From Mobula hypostoma (lineage: Eukaryota), in assembly GCF_963921235.1 (NCBI RefSeq), contig NC_086097.1, forward strand, positions 20,772,001 through 20,836,000: a stretch of DNA of 64,000 nucleotides. Direction: 5' to 3'. Numbering within the stretch: position 1 is the stretch's first letter; every line of letters begins with the position of its first letter. Shown piece after piece: positions 36,896-50,740 of the stretch. The position numbers and the translations under genes were made by a program. The notes below the pieces were generated by a model that saw only the letters and a list, made by a program, of their open reading frames with translations, did no database searches and was not told where the DNA came from.

Positions 36896-39796
36896 CTGCA
36901 GGAAAAGAGCACTGTCAGTTTCCAGCTTGGTCCAACAAATCAGCCCGTCAGAGGAGTGATTTTCCCACAGGAACACTCAGTACCAATTTGAAAACCGCCC
37001 CAATAGCTACTCGATACCTGGTTTTTTGTTGGACCTGCCGCAGTTTTGTTCAATTGAGCCAATCAAGTTCTGGAATGGCCTTATTGCAACGATTCCTCAT
37101 CCCAGAACTTCTATGGATCAGGAATAGAGTTTTACATCCCAACTACTGAGCATTTAGTTGGTAAATATATTGGTAGCATATTATTCTCACACATACCAAG
37201 GTGCAGTGAAACACTGTCTTGCATAGTTTGTGTACATACCTATGTTAATAGATTCATTAATGCATTATAGTATTGTTGGAAACCACTATTTTTTAATAAT
37301 ACTTTTTATAAGATTTGTACTTTTTAACAAACTTATATATTTTTCACACTCACTGGCAGAAAGTAGTATAGCAGCTAAATAACGGTTTATCACCTTTATC
37401 ATTGGCTAAGTACTAGAACATTACCCACATGGTGTAACTGTTTCAATTACATAGCCTGTTAACTAATCAATTTCTATTAAGGAATTTCTTTATCTTATCT
37501 ATAAAAGAGATTAATTTTTCATAAGTGCCATCTTGGCTTCTTCTTTATTCCATTGTCCTGTACCTCTTAGCATTGTTTCCTAGCTCTTTACTTAGTTTGC
37601 TCAGTATTTGAATATTTGTTTGTATTCTAAAATAAACTGAAATTTTTGAACTGTCACCTGCCATCTTGTACTCCTTCAGCTCACCCCACTTTCTGATTCT
37701 GGCTTCTTCCCCCTTCCCTCCCTGTCCTGATAAAGGCTCTCGGCCTGAAGCGTCTTCTCCATGGATGCTGCCTGACCTGCTGAGTTCCTCCAGCATTTTG
37801 AGTGCAATGCTCTGGATTTCCAGCATCTGCAGAATCTCTTGTGTTTATAATTACTGGGCAGTTCGCTTTAACTTCAAGAGGTGGGCAAATTATTAGAACT
37901 ATCCCTCATGGACAGTCTAAGCCTTGGTTTAGAAAGGCACAGATTAACCGGGGATAGTCTGCATGAATTTATTAAGGGAAAGCCAGATTGGGCTAATGAC
38001 TTAATTTTTGAACAGGTGGAGGGTCTGTAAGGGCCTTGGCTTTGATGTCATGTTCATGAATTTTTTTACAGTTCGACAGAGAGACATGATAGCGTAGCAG
38101 TTAGCACAGTTGCTTTACAGTGCCAGTAATCATCAATTGGGTGTTTGATTCCTTTGCTGTCCTATAAGGAGTTTGTATGTTCTCCCCATGACTGCGTGTT
38201 CCAGTTTCTCCCACATCCCAAAGGCGTATGGGTTAGGGTTAGTGAGTTGTGAGTATACTGTGTTGGTACCGGAAGCATGAAGAGACTTGCGGGCTGCTCC
38301 CAGAACAACTCATTGACACAAAATGACACGCTTAGATGCGTGTGTGACTGATAATATAGCTAACCAAGTTCTGCATTACAACTCGCCAAAAACTACGTGG
38401 CTGTAAAAGGTGCTTAATGGCAGGAAGCAAAGGGGAGTGAGTTATCAGTGTTTTTGCGACTGGAAGGCCGTGGAACGCTGTGAGTTCAGAACCCAGTTCC
38501 TTTGTTTTGTAACATAGATGGATGTTTAAGACCTAAATGTACAGAGTTCACAGTTCATACAAAAATTGGCCTTACAATTGATGGGGGGGAGGCAAAGATT
38601 TATTTTTGACTTAGACAATGACAGGAATTGAACCCAGGTCACCTGTACTGCAAAGTGTTGTGCTAACCACTACACCACCGTGGTACCCCAATGATGAAAG
38701 GTGTCCATCGGAAATTAATCCAGAGAAGAGTGAAGGAATGATTTTGGGAACCGAAGTGAGACAGTGGAATAAATCGAAGTGGGAGAAACAGAGAGACTTT
38801 GGCGTGGATATCCACAGGCCACTATAGGCAACAGGATAGATAGAGAAAGTGGTTAAAAAAAGAAAAGATTGATGATAAAGACCATACAACACAGGAGCAG
38901 AATTGGCCATTCAACCCATCAAGTCTGCTCCACCATTCCATCAAGACTGATTTATTATCCATCCTTTTACCTGCCTTCTCCCTGTAACCTTTGACGCCCT
39001 AATCAAAAGCCTATCAGCCTCCGCATTAAATATACCCGGTGACTTGGCCTCCAGAATTCAGATCAGCTTTATTTGTTACATGTACAAAACAAAAATGCAT
39101 CATTTTGCGTCAAAGTCTGAGGATTTGCTGGAAGAAGTGTAAGTGGCACCAATATAGCATTACTAATAGTGATTGTACATCTTCAGAATATGGGAGGAGG
39201 CAGAAGCACCCAGATAAAATTCACATGGTCATGGGAGAACATACAATTTCTTTACAGACTGTAGCGGGAATCAAACGCTGATCTGTGATCACTGGCACTG
39301 TAATGCATTTGCGCTAATGGCTACTTTACTGCGCCACCTCAAAGGGATATAGGATCGCTTTTTTCTTCCAGGCTGTCAAAGAATTCTTAAAATACAGCTT
39401 GATACCAGACTTCAAGTGTGAATCTTAGTTACGTAAACTTGCAACTTAATTGGGAAAACACAGGATGTCCACAAGATCACAAAGCTTTAGCAACATACAG
39501 CCTTTTTAACTCTATGTTCACAATTTTCTTCCATATAAGCCAAGTCATTGAATATAAGGGCAGGAAAGTTAGTTAGGGAATCCATGTGGAGGTTGCCAAC
39601 ACTGGAACATTGTATCCATAAGGAAATATTTGATATCTGGGGATGTTTTTCTTTGGAAAATAGGAAGCTAACGGGAGAGTTAGTTCGAAGAGTCTAGATG
39701 GAGTAAATGGGAAGGATCTTCAACACACAAGGAGCAGAGAGCTCAAAAACCAGGGGGCAGGGATTTTAAATTGTAAAGTAATTGGTAGAAGGGTTA

Positions 39797-41616
39797 GAAA
39801 CATAGAAACATAGAAAATAGGTGCAGGAGTAGGCCATTCGGCCCTTCGAGCCTGCACCGCCATTTATTATGATCATGGCTGATCATCCAACTCAGAACCC
39901 CGCCCCAGCCTTCCCTCCATACACCCTGACCCCCATAGCCACAAGGGCCATATCTAACTCCCTCTTAAATATAGCCAATGAACTGGCCTCAACTGTTTCC
40001 TGTGGCAGAGAATTCCACAGATTCACCACTCTCTGTGTGAAGAAGTTTTTCCTAATCTCGGTCCTAAAAAGCTTCCCCTCTATCCTCAAACTGTGGCCCC
40101 TCATTCTGGACTTCCCCAACATCGGGAACAATCTTCCTGCATCTAGCCTGTCCAATCCCTTTAGGATCTTATACGTTTCAATCAGATCCCCCCTCAATCT
40201 TCTAAATTCCAATGAGTACAAGCCCAGTTCATCCAGTCTTTCTTCATATGAAAGTCCTGCCATCCCAGGAATCAATCTGGTGAACCTTCTTTGTACTCCC
40301 TCTATGGCAAGGATGTCTTTCCTCAGATTAGGGGACCAACACTGCACACAATACTCTAGGTGTGGTCTCACCAAGGCCTTGTACAACTGCAGTAGTACCT
40401 CCCTGCTCCTGTACTCGAATCCTCTCGCTATAAATGCCAGCATACCATTCGCCTTTTTCACCGCCTGCTGTACCTGCATGCCCACTTTCAATGACTGGTG
40501 TATAATGACACCCAGGTTTCGTTGCACCTCCCCTTTTCCTAATCGGCCACCATTCAGATAATAATCTGTTTTCCTATTTTTGCCACCAAAGTGGATAACT
40601 TCACATTTATCCACATTAAATTGCATCTGCCATGAATTTGCCCACTCACCCAACCTATCCAAGTCACCCTGCATCCTCTTAGCATCCTCCTCACAGCTAA
40701 CACTGCCACCCAGCTTCGTGTCATCCGCAAACTTGGAGATGCTGCATTTAATTCCCTCATCCAAGTCATTAATATATATTGTAAACAACTGGGGTCCCAG
40801 CACTGAGCCTTGCGGTACCCCACTAGTCACTGCCTGCCATTCTGTAAAGGTCCCGTTTATTCCCACTCTTTGCTTCCTGTCTGCTAACCAATTCTCCACC
40901 CACACCAATACCTTACCCCCAATACCGTGTGCTTTAAGTTTGCACACTAATCTCCTGTGTGGGACCTTGTCAAAAGCCTTTTGAAAATCCAAATATACCA
41001 CATCCACTGGTTCTCCCCTATCCACTCTACTAGTTACATCCTCAAAAAATTCTATGAGATTCGTCAGACATGATTTTCCTTTCACAAATCCATGCTGACT
41101 TTGTCCGATCATTTCACCGCTTTCCAAATGTGCTGTTATCACATCCTTGATAACTGACTCCAGCAGTTTCCCCACCCCGACGTTAGGCTAACCGGTCTAT
41201 AATTCCCCGGTTTCTCTCTCCCTCCTTTTTTAAAAAGTGGAGTTACATTAGCCACCCTCCAATCCTCAGGAACTAGTCCAGAATCTAACGAGTTTTGAAA
41301 AATTATCACTAATGCATCCACTATTTCTTGGGCTACTTCCTTAAGCACTCTAGGATGCAGACCATCTGGCCCTGGGGATTTATCTGCCTTCAATCCCTTC
41401 AATTTACCTAACACCACTTCCCTACTAACATGTATTTCGCTCAGTTCCTCCATCTCACTGGACCCTCTGTCCCCTACTATTTCTGGAAGATTATTTATGT
41501 CCTCCTTAGTGAAGACAGAACCAAAGTAATTATTCAATTGGTCTGCCATGTCCTTGCTCCCCATAATCAATTCACCTGTTTCTGTCTGGAGGGGACCTAC
41601 ATTTGTCTTTACCAAA
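39797..41616 (-). mobile_element. Young 5'-truncated CR1 LINE with near-intact reverse transcriptase, in an ism2 intron
   Basis: 427-aa ORF 39892-41175 (QHGF, YLDFQKAFDKVPH, GVPQGSVLGP, FADD) plus upstream ORF piece KSPGPDGLHPRVLKE...PGNYRPVSLTS; one frameshift near 41177; tail (tttctatg)n at 39797-39820. Confidence 0.95.
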
Positions 41617-42239
41617 GAGGTAAGAGGAGAGATGAAAGAAGATCTTCTTTCCCTCAGAGGGTGAGAACCTGCTTCTTGAAAGGACAGTGGAAACAAAAGC
41701 CCTTCTCATGAGGTGGTAGGTTAACTTGCCACTGTCAATCACTCTGAGTGTATAGAATCTAGACGAGAAGGGAATTGGTTGTAATTTGGGGAGAATAAAG
41801 TAGGTTTGGTGTAGATGGTGCTTTATGGTTGCCACAGACTGGGCCTGTTTCTATGTTTGTGACTGCAGTATTTGAAATTACATTGACGTGCACTTAAAGA
41901 GCCAGGAACTCTGACTCAGTGATGGAAGCCAGGATTAGGCTGGATGGACCTTTTTCAACTAGAACAGACACAATGGGCTGAGTGGCCTGCTATGGTGTGA
42001 ATGTGCAAGATTCAAGTTCAGAAAGATACACTTCAAAGCAGTGAATTGGAAAATATTTCTCTGTTGAATATGAGATGTCTGTTAAGAGTTGCTCAATGCT
42101 TTTGAAGACAAGTCAATACATCTGTCATTCATATGTTGACTGGCATCCAAATCTTTACTTGGAGGGTGTTAATCACAGAACCTTAGAGATTTGTGGCCAG
42201 TCAGCACATTGTGACCATGCTGAACAAATAAAGAGCATA

Positions 42240-43030
42240 AAATATCGTGTGGGAAAGTGTATGATCATGCATTTTGGTAGAAAGAATAAAGGTGCAGACT
42301 ATTTTCTAAATGTGGAATGAATTCAGAAATCAAAGATGCAAAGAGACTTGGGAGTCCTTGTGCAGGATTCCCTAAAGGTTAACTTGCAGGTAGATTTGGT
42401 GGTAAGGAAGGCAAATGCAATGTTAGCATTCATTTCGAGAGAGCTAGAAAATAAAAGCAAGGATATAATGTTGAGGTTTTATGAGGCATTGGTCAGACCA
42501 CACTTGGAGCATTGTGAGCAGTTTTGGCCCCTTATCTAAGAAACGATGTGCTGACATTGGGGAAGGGATCAGAAGAGCATCATGAGAACGATCCTGAGAA
42601 TGGAAGTGTTAATGTATGAGAAGCATTTGGTGGCTCTGGGCCTGTGCTCGCTGGAGTTTAGAATATTGGGAGGGGAGAATCACGTTGAAACCTACCAAAT
42701 GTGGAAAGTACAAGATAGAGTGGACGTGGAGAGGATGCTTCCTGTGTTGGGAGAGCCTAGGATCAGAGGGCACAGAGATGAGGAGGAATTTCTTTAGCCA
42801 GACGGTGGTGAATCTCTGGGATTCATTGCCACAGACGGCTGTAGAGGCTAGGTCACTTGACATATTTAAAGCAAAGTTTGATAGGTTCTTGATTAGTCAG
42901 GGCATTAAAGGTAATGGAGAGAAGGCAGAAGAATGAGGTTGAGAGGGGTAGTATATCAGTCATGATGGAATGGCGGAGCAGACTTGATGGGCTCTATGGC
43001 CTAATTCCACTCCTATATATTAATGGTCTT
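42240..43030 (+). mobile_element. CR1 LINE 3' fragment
   Basis: QRDLGVLVQDSLKV...KANAMLAFISR...LVRPHLEHCEQFW. Confidence 0.85.
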
Positions 43031-43144
43031 ATTGAGCCTGATCCCTCTTTCCAGCTCTCGGTCCCTAACACAACATACCAAGTGTTCAGCTTGTATGTGG
43101 GGGGTGAGAGTTCTGGCCTCCTCTCTCAGCTCCTATCACTGTCA

Positions 43145-43414
<270 letters not shown>

Positions 43415-43789
43415 TCAGAGTTGCCCCAGGCACAGGGGAGCCCAGGCAGTGTGCCAAGTGACATTGCAGGTAAATACAGCTGCAGACGAGGCCGCAGTCA
43501 CACCTGCTCATACCCAGTAAGGTGCTCGGGCTGGAAACAATGCAGAATCCTTTATCGTGTTCAGTTTTGGTCGTCCCGTTGTAGGAAGGATGCGGAAGCT
43601 TTAAAAAAGGTGGAGAGGAGATTTACCAGGATGGTGCCTGGATAGGTTGAGTGAGCTAGGGATTCTCCCTTTGGATGAAGGAGGAAGAGAGCTGACGATA
43701 GAGCTGTGTAAGATAATAAGAGACAGAGATGGAATAGTTAGCCAGAGAAATTTTCCCAGGGTGGAAATGGCAAATATGAGGGGGCATAA

Positions 43790-45540
43790 TTTTACCACCT
43801 TTGTGCTAAAGAAATTCCTCTCATCTCTTTTCTAAAGGGACGTCCTTGTATTCTAAGGGTGTGTCCACTGGTCCTGGATCCCCCCAAGATAGGAAACATC
43901 CCCTCCAGGTCCACTCTATATAGGTCTTTCAATATTCAATAGGTTTCAAGGAGAACTGCCGTCATCCTTCTAAACTCCAGTGACTACAGGCCTAGAGCCT
44001 CCACAGATATTAACCCTTTCATTCCCGGAATCATTCACATGAACTTCCTCTGGATCCTCACCAATGCCAGCATACCATTTCTTAGATAAGGGGCCCAAAA
44101 CTGCTCACAATACTCCAAGTGATGTTTGAGAAATGCCTTGTAAAGCCTCAGTATTACATCCTTGCTTTTATTATTCTAGTCCTCAAAATGAATGCTAAAA
44201 TTGTATTGCCTTCCTTACCACCTTTGATTTTGGAATTTTCTCCCTGTTTAGAAAATAGATAACGCCTTTATTGCTTCTACCAAAATGCATGATCATACAC
44301 TTCCCAACACTATATTCCATCTGCCACTTCTTTGTCCATTCTCCTGATATGTCTAAGTCCTTGTGTAGACTTTACTTCCTCAACCTACCTGTCCCTCCAC
44401 TATCTTTGTATCATCTGCAAACTTGGCCATAAGACCATCAATTCCATCATCTACAGAACTGTGCAAATGTCTTAGGCACACATATATATAGCTAGGGTGC
44501 CCAAGACTTTTGCACAGTTCTGTATTTGTCAACGTGGATTGGAGAGCGAATTTGTAAATCTGGTGGGAGCAAGAGATGTTGGGAATGAGGAGGGTGGAGC
44601 GCTGTGGGAAGGGTGTGGGACAGGAAGCAGAGAAGGAGTGCCAGGGGCAGGGGCTTGGTGTAGACGAGCCCTGCCCCGAGACACCAGGCAAGATAATTTG
44701 ATTCCAAATAATTGGTTTATTGATCATTACAGAATGTCTCTCTGGTGCTTACCACTCCCTTCGCTCTCCCTTCCCCTTTTCCCAACCTTGATTCCCCTCT
44801 TCCTGCCCCCTTCTCACTCTCTGTCCACAGCAGAGACCCCTATCAGAATCAGGTTTATTATTTGTTTTGTTTTTACAGCAGCAGTACAGTGCAATACATA
44901 AAATTAGTACAGTACTGTGCAAAAGTCTTAGGTACCCTAGCGACATATATGTGCCTGACAGTTTTGCACAGTACTGTAAATCATTGACATATAACTCGAA
45001 AAGAAGCAGGTCCCAATACTGACCACTATGGGGTACTACTAGTTACCATTTGCCAAGCTGATAAGACATCCTTTATTTCCACTCTTTGCCTCCAGCCAAT
45101 CTTCTATCCATGCCAGTAACTTTCCTGTCATACCATGGGCTCTTATCTTGTTAAGCAGCCTCATGTGTGGCACCTTGTCAAAGGCCTTTTGAAAATCGAA
45201 GTAAACAACATCCACTGACTCTCCTTTGTCCATCCTGCCTGTTATTTCTCAGAGGATTCTAACAGATTTGTCAGGCAAGGACACCATGCTGACTTTGGAC
45301 TATTTCATCAGGTGTATCCAAGTATCCCGAAACTCCATCCTGAATAATAGACTCCAACATCTTCCTAACCACTGATGTCAGGCTAGCTGGCCTATAGCTT
45401 CCTTTCTTCTACCTCCCTCCCTTCTTAAAGGGTTCATAAAGAATTTGCAATTTTCCAATTGTCCAGAACCATTCCAAAATCCAGTGATTCTTGAAATGAT
45501 CATTACTAATGTCTCACAATCCCTTCGATTACCTCTTTCA
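43790..45540 (-). mobile_element. CR1 LINE fragment interrupted by a Tc1-type MITE
   Basis: DKGESVDVVYFDFQKAFDKVPH and MAKFADDTKI remnants. Confidence 0.8.
44454..44976. mobile_element. Composite Tc1/mariner-type MITE
   Basis: TIR cag(a/t)actgtgcaaa...tttgcacagtactg, TA duplication (44452-53 / 44977-78), splits CR1 attccatcatc|aatcattgac. Confidence 0.85.
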
Positions 45541-48500
45541 GTATACTCAAGACGTTGGTATACTGCAGTCAGCACATTAAACACACGCGGGAGTCACGCT
45601 ACAATATTCAGACAGATTATGCCATTTCTAATCTTCAACCTGAAACTGCCAGCACATTGTAATCCACATTTTCCAAGAACAAACACCCTGATTGACCTGA
45701 CCCGTACACAACAAAGCACAGTAACATAATGACTAGGCTTTAGAGGATCCCGGCATTACTGCAGCAAGAGAATGCATTCCTGGGGCTACTCCCCCCGACT
45801 ACACGATGCACGGTGTCTGAGGAGGTACATTCGGACTGTATCTGGGCTCGTTTACCACGTTCACAAAAAACTGCATGTTTGGCTGCCTAGTTTTCTGTTG
45901 CAAGTTTCTGTCACCAAGTAGATCTGGAATTTCTCCACATCTGGTTTACTCACTAGGCTAATAAACAAGCTTCGTAGAGCAGGCCAGCGAATGGTTTCTG
46001 TGCTCAGTAAACACTAACACCTGCACGTCACTGACAGTCCCCATATCATTAGCTTGTTGAGACGTTCCACCAAGTTATTTGAAGTGAGAGTTAATTAACC
46101 TCAAGGTCTGCTGCAGAAATGTAAGTGGCACACACGTGCGTGTGCGTGTACGTGTGTGAGCGAGCCCGTGTATGTGCATTTATACCTCTTCCCTTCTCTT
46201 CCCCTCACCTCTCTCTGGTTCCTCTCCTCCTTCCCTTTCTCCCATGGTCCACTGTCCTTTCCTATCAGATTGCTTCTTCTACAATTCTTTACCCCTGTCA
46301 CCTATCATCTCCCAGCTTCTCATTTCATCCCTCCCTCTCCCACCCACCTACCTTGTCTCACCCATCACCTGCCAGCTTGTACTCCTTCCCCTTCTCCTCC
46401 CTATTCTGGCTTCTTTCCCCTTCCTTTCCAGTCCTAATGGAGGGTCTTGGCCTGAAACGTCAACTGTTTATTCCCCACCATTGGTGCTGCCTGTCCTGCT
46501 GAGTTCCTGCAGCATTGTGTATGTTTTGATGTGCATCTAGTCTATGTATGTTTGCTCATGTACGTACGTGTCTGTACATGTGTTTGTGCGTTTATGTGCC
46601 TGTGCACGTATGTGTGTGCATTTGTATGTCTGTGTTACTATCATGTAAGAGCGTTAGTGAAGTATCTCGCCCCGAAACGTTGACCATTCATTTCCTTCGA
46701 TAGATGCTGCCTGACCCGCTGATTAACTCCTGCATTTTGTAAGCATCGATGCAGATTCCCAGCACCTGCAGGATTCCGCCTCTCTGTATGGGAGTTGAAT
46801 GTTTTTTGAAAAACTTCTGTGAATTAGTTTGGGCTGATGACTGCTTGATGCTCCTTAAGCAACACACACAAAATGCTGGAAGTAGGGAGCAGTCGTGTAG
46901 GGGAATAAACTGTCAACGGTTCAGGCTGAGACTCTTCAGCTATTCAAATAATTTTTTCTTTAAGGAATCTTAGTGATTTTATGACACTCACTGATAATAT
47001 TAATGAATACTATCAATAATCAGGACCTGTCATCACGGGACCATCCATCACAGAAAAAGCCCTCCCCACCAATAAGCATATTTACAAAGAGCATTGCCAC
47101 AAGAGAGCAGCATCCGTCACCAAGACCCCCACCACCAAAGCCATGTCCTGCTCTCGATGCTGCCGTCGATGAGGAGGTACAGGAGCTTTGGGTCTCATAC
47201 CATCAGGTTCGGAACAGTTAACATCCTTCAACCATCAGGCTCCCGAACCAGCGTGGATAACTTCTCTCACTTCAACACCGAACACAACTTATGGACTCAC
47301 TTTCAGGGTCTGTACTACTCATAGTCTCAGTATTTTATTTACTTTATCTAGAGATTCAGCCCGTATCAGGCCCTTTTGACCCAACAGGGAGGAACAATCT
47401 CCTCACAGACGACGTCGGAATTGAACTCTGAATTTCGATGCTGAGCTGTAGTAGTCACACTAACTGCTACACTACCATGGTGCCCTATTAATAATTATTA
47501 CTTTTTTTTATATATATGCAGTTTGTCTTCTTTTGCACATTGGTTGTTTATCTGTCTCTGTGCAGTTTTTCCATTAATTCTACTGTATTTCTTTGTTCTA
47601 CTCTGCGAATACCTGCAAGAAAATGAGTCTCAGGCTGAGAGATCTACATATTTCAATTATAAATTTACTTTGAACCTTGAACTGACCGAAGCAATTGAGA
47701 GATTGATTGATAACAGATTGTTCACACGATTAACTGGAAATGCAGTTTGCAAAACAAGGTTGAGAAATGAAGGTGAAATGATTCTTTCTTTATTCAGCTT
47801 TGCTTACAGCCCCAAACAACTTCAGTCCAATATCAGCACCAGCTGGCAGGATCCAGCGATAATTACAATTGAATGTGCCAAACTCGGAATGTGTGCAATG
47901 CGAATAGGAAATAATTGACACAATAACAATCAGAAATTGCTGAGAACAGTGAAAAGACAAAGAATCTGTTCCCAGTTATCTCAAAGTAAGATCTAGGCCA
48001 GCAAACTATACAGACGCAGGTCCGACCATTGATGGTCGGGAACACCGGTGCCAGAGGACTCCATTAACCCAGGAGACTCATCAATCACTGGAGCCTGTCG
48101 ATGAGGAGGTAAGCTTAGAACCCTAGGGAATGCAAACCTTCCTTGGGAGAGATTTGATTTGGATTACTTGGTGCTAAATACACACAGAGTTTCAGCTGCT
48201 GCTTGTTCTCTTCACCTGGACATCGGCTTTTAATGTGCCAAAGTTGCTGAATGAAGACAACCGGTGGACGGTAGATACTCGGTGTCTGTGATCAAAGTCA
48301 AACCTCCCCCTCAGAAGCTCTGAGTCACTGGGCAAAGTGGCTTTACCACTGAGCAGTTCCAGGCCAGTCTGTGATACTCTACCCTGGAGTCTACAGTCCT
48401 GGTCGGGTATTGCTGGAGCTTTAATCACATCGTTCTCCCTGCCACCCCTGTGGCTGACCAGAACATTTATCCCCACTCTGAGCAAATTCCCAGGCCAACT

Positions 48501-48589
48501 GGATCAAAAAATAAACAAATTGCTGGAGGAACTCAGCAAGTCAGGCATCATCTGTGGAAGGAAAGGGATTTCGGGTCATAACCCTGTAT

Positions 48590-50740
48590 TAGAGTCACAG
48601 AGTCATACTGCACAGAAACAGGCCCTTCAGCCCATCTAGTCCATGCTAAAACCATTTAAACTGCCTATTCTTGACCTGCAGTGGGCTCATAGCCCTCCCT
48701 ATCCCTACTATCCATGTACCTATCCAAACTTCTCTTAAACATTGAAATCAAGCTCACATGGACCATTTGTGCTGGCAGCTCATTCCACGCTCTCATGACT
48801 CTCTGAGTGAAGAAGTTTCCCCTCACGTTCCCCTTAAACTTTTCACCTTTTACCCTTAACACATGACCTCTGATTGTAGTTCCACCCAACCTCAGTGGAA
48901 AAAGCCTATCTATACACTTTATAATTTTGTATACCTCTATCAAATCTCTTCATAATCTTCTATGTTCTAATGGAATAAAGTCCTAACCTATTCAATCTTT
49001 CCTTATAACTCAGGTCCTCCAGACCCAGCAACATCTTTGTAAATTTTCTCTGAACTCTTTCAACCTTGTATACATCTGTCTTCAGGAAGGACTTCAGGAG
49101 GAGTAAGACGAAAGAACACATACCAATCCTCAGAGGGATCAGAAGTGGAGAGAATGAGCAGCTTCAAGTTCCTGGGTGTCAAGGTCTCTGAGGATCTAAC
49201 CTGGTCCCAACATATGGATGTAGTCATAAAGAAGGAAAGACAGCGGCTATACTTTATTAGGAGTTTGAAGCGATTTGGCATGTCAACGAACACACTCAAA
49301 AACTTCTATAGTTGTACCGTGAAGAGCATTCTGACAGGCTGCATCACTGTCTGGTATGGAGGGGCTACTGCACAGGACTGAAAGAAGCTGCAGAAGGTTG
49401 TAAATCTAGTCAGCTCCATCTTGGGCACTAACCTACAAAGTACCCAGGACATCTTTAGGGAGTGATGTCTCAGAAAGGCAGCATCCATTATTAAGGACCT
49501 CCAGCACCCAGGGCATGCCCTTTTCTCACTGTTACCATCAGGTAGTAGGTACAGAAGCCTGAAGGCACACACTCAGCAATTCAGGAACAGCTTCTTCCCC
49601 TCTGCCATCTGATTTCTAAATAGACATTGAACCTTTGGACACTGCCTCACTTTTTTTTAATATACAGTATTTCTGTTTTTGCGTGTTTTTAATCTATTCA
49701 ATATACATAATTGATTTACTTGTTTATTAATTAATTTTTAAATTTTATTTATTATTTTTTTTATCTGCTAGATTATGTATTGCATTGAGCTGCTGCTGCT
49801 AAGTTAACAAATTTCACATCTCATGCCGGTGATAATAAACCTGATTCTGATTCCTGTAGGTAGGTGACCAAAACTGCACACAATACTCCAAATCACGTCT
49901 CATCAATGTCTTATACAACTTCAACATAACATCCCAACTCCTGTACTCAATACATTGATTTATGAAGGCCAATGTGCCAAAAGCTTTCTTAACAACCCTA
50001 TCTACCCGTGACACCACTCTCAGTGAATGATAGACCTGTATTCCCAGACCTCTTTGTTCTACCAGACTCCTCACTGCCCTACTGTTCACAGTGTAAGGCC
50101 TACCCTGGTTGGTTCTACCAAAGTGCAAAAACTTCGCACCTGTCTGCATAAACTCCTTCTGCCATTTTTTAGCCAATTTTTCCAGCTGGTCCAGATCCCT
50201 CTGTAAGCCATGATAGCCTTCTTGCAGTCCACTACACCCCAAATTTTGGAGTCATTCACAAATTTGCTGATCCAGTTTACAGCATTATCATCCAGATCAC
50301 TGATATAGATAACAAACAACAAAGGACCCAATACCGATCCCTACAGCACTGGCCTCCAATCAGAGAGGCAACCCTCTCCCACAAAGCCAATGTCTAATCC
50401 AATTTACTGCCTCATCTTGAATGCTGATCAACTGAACCTTTTTGACCTGCCTCCCATGCAGGACTTTGTCAAATGCTTTGCTAAAGTCCATGAAGACAAC
50501 ATCCACTGCCTTGCCCTCGTCCACTTTCCCAGTAAACTTCATCGAAAAACTCTACAAGACTGGTTAGACGTGACCTACCAGGCAGGAAGCCATGCTGACT
50601 ATCTTTAATCGATCCATGTCTATCCAAACACTTACATATCTGGTCCCTTAGAATACCTTCCAAAAACTTACCCGCAACTGATGTCAGACTCATTGGTCTA
50701 TAATTTCCTGGTTAATGTTTACAGCCTTTTTTAAACAGTG
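48590..50740 (-). mobile_element. CR1 LINE fragment with a nested Rex1/Babar fragment
   Basis: SQHGFLPGRS, DVVFMDFSKAFDKV, GPLLFVIYISDLD and FFTQRVMRAWNELP. Confidence 0.85.
49081..49853 (+). mobile_element. Rex1/Babar-like LINE 3' fragment
   Basis: ERMSSFKFLGVKVSEDLTWSQH...QRLYFIRSLKRFG...SILTGCITVWYG; tail aataaacctgattctgatt. Confidence 0.85.

Noticed and set aside
39869..40984. 230-aa and 134-aa plus-strand ORFs
   Set aside because: Antisense shadows of the CR1 reverse transcriptase.
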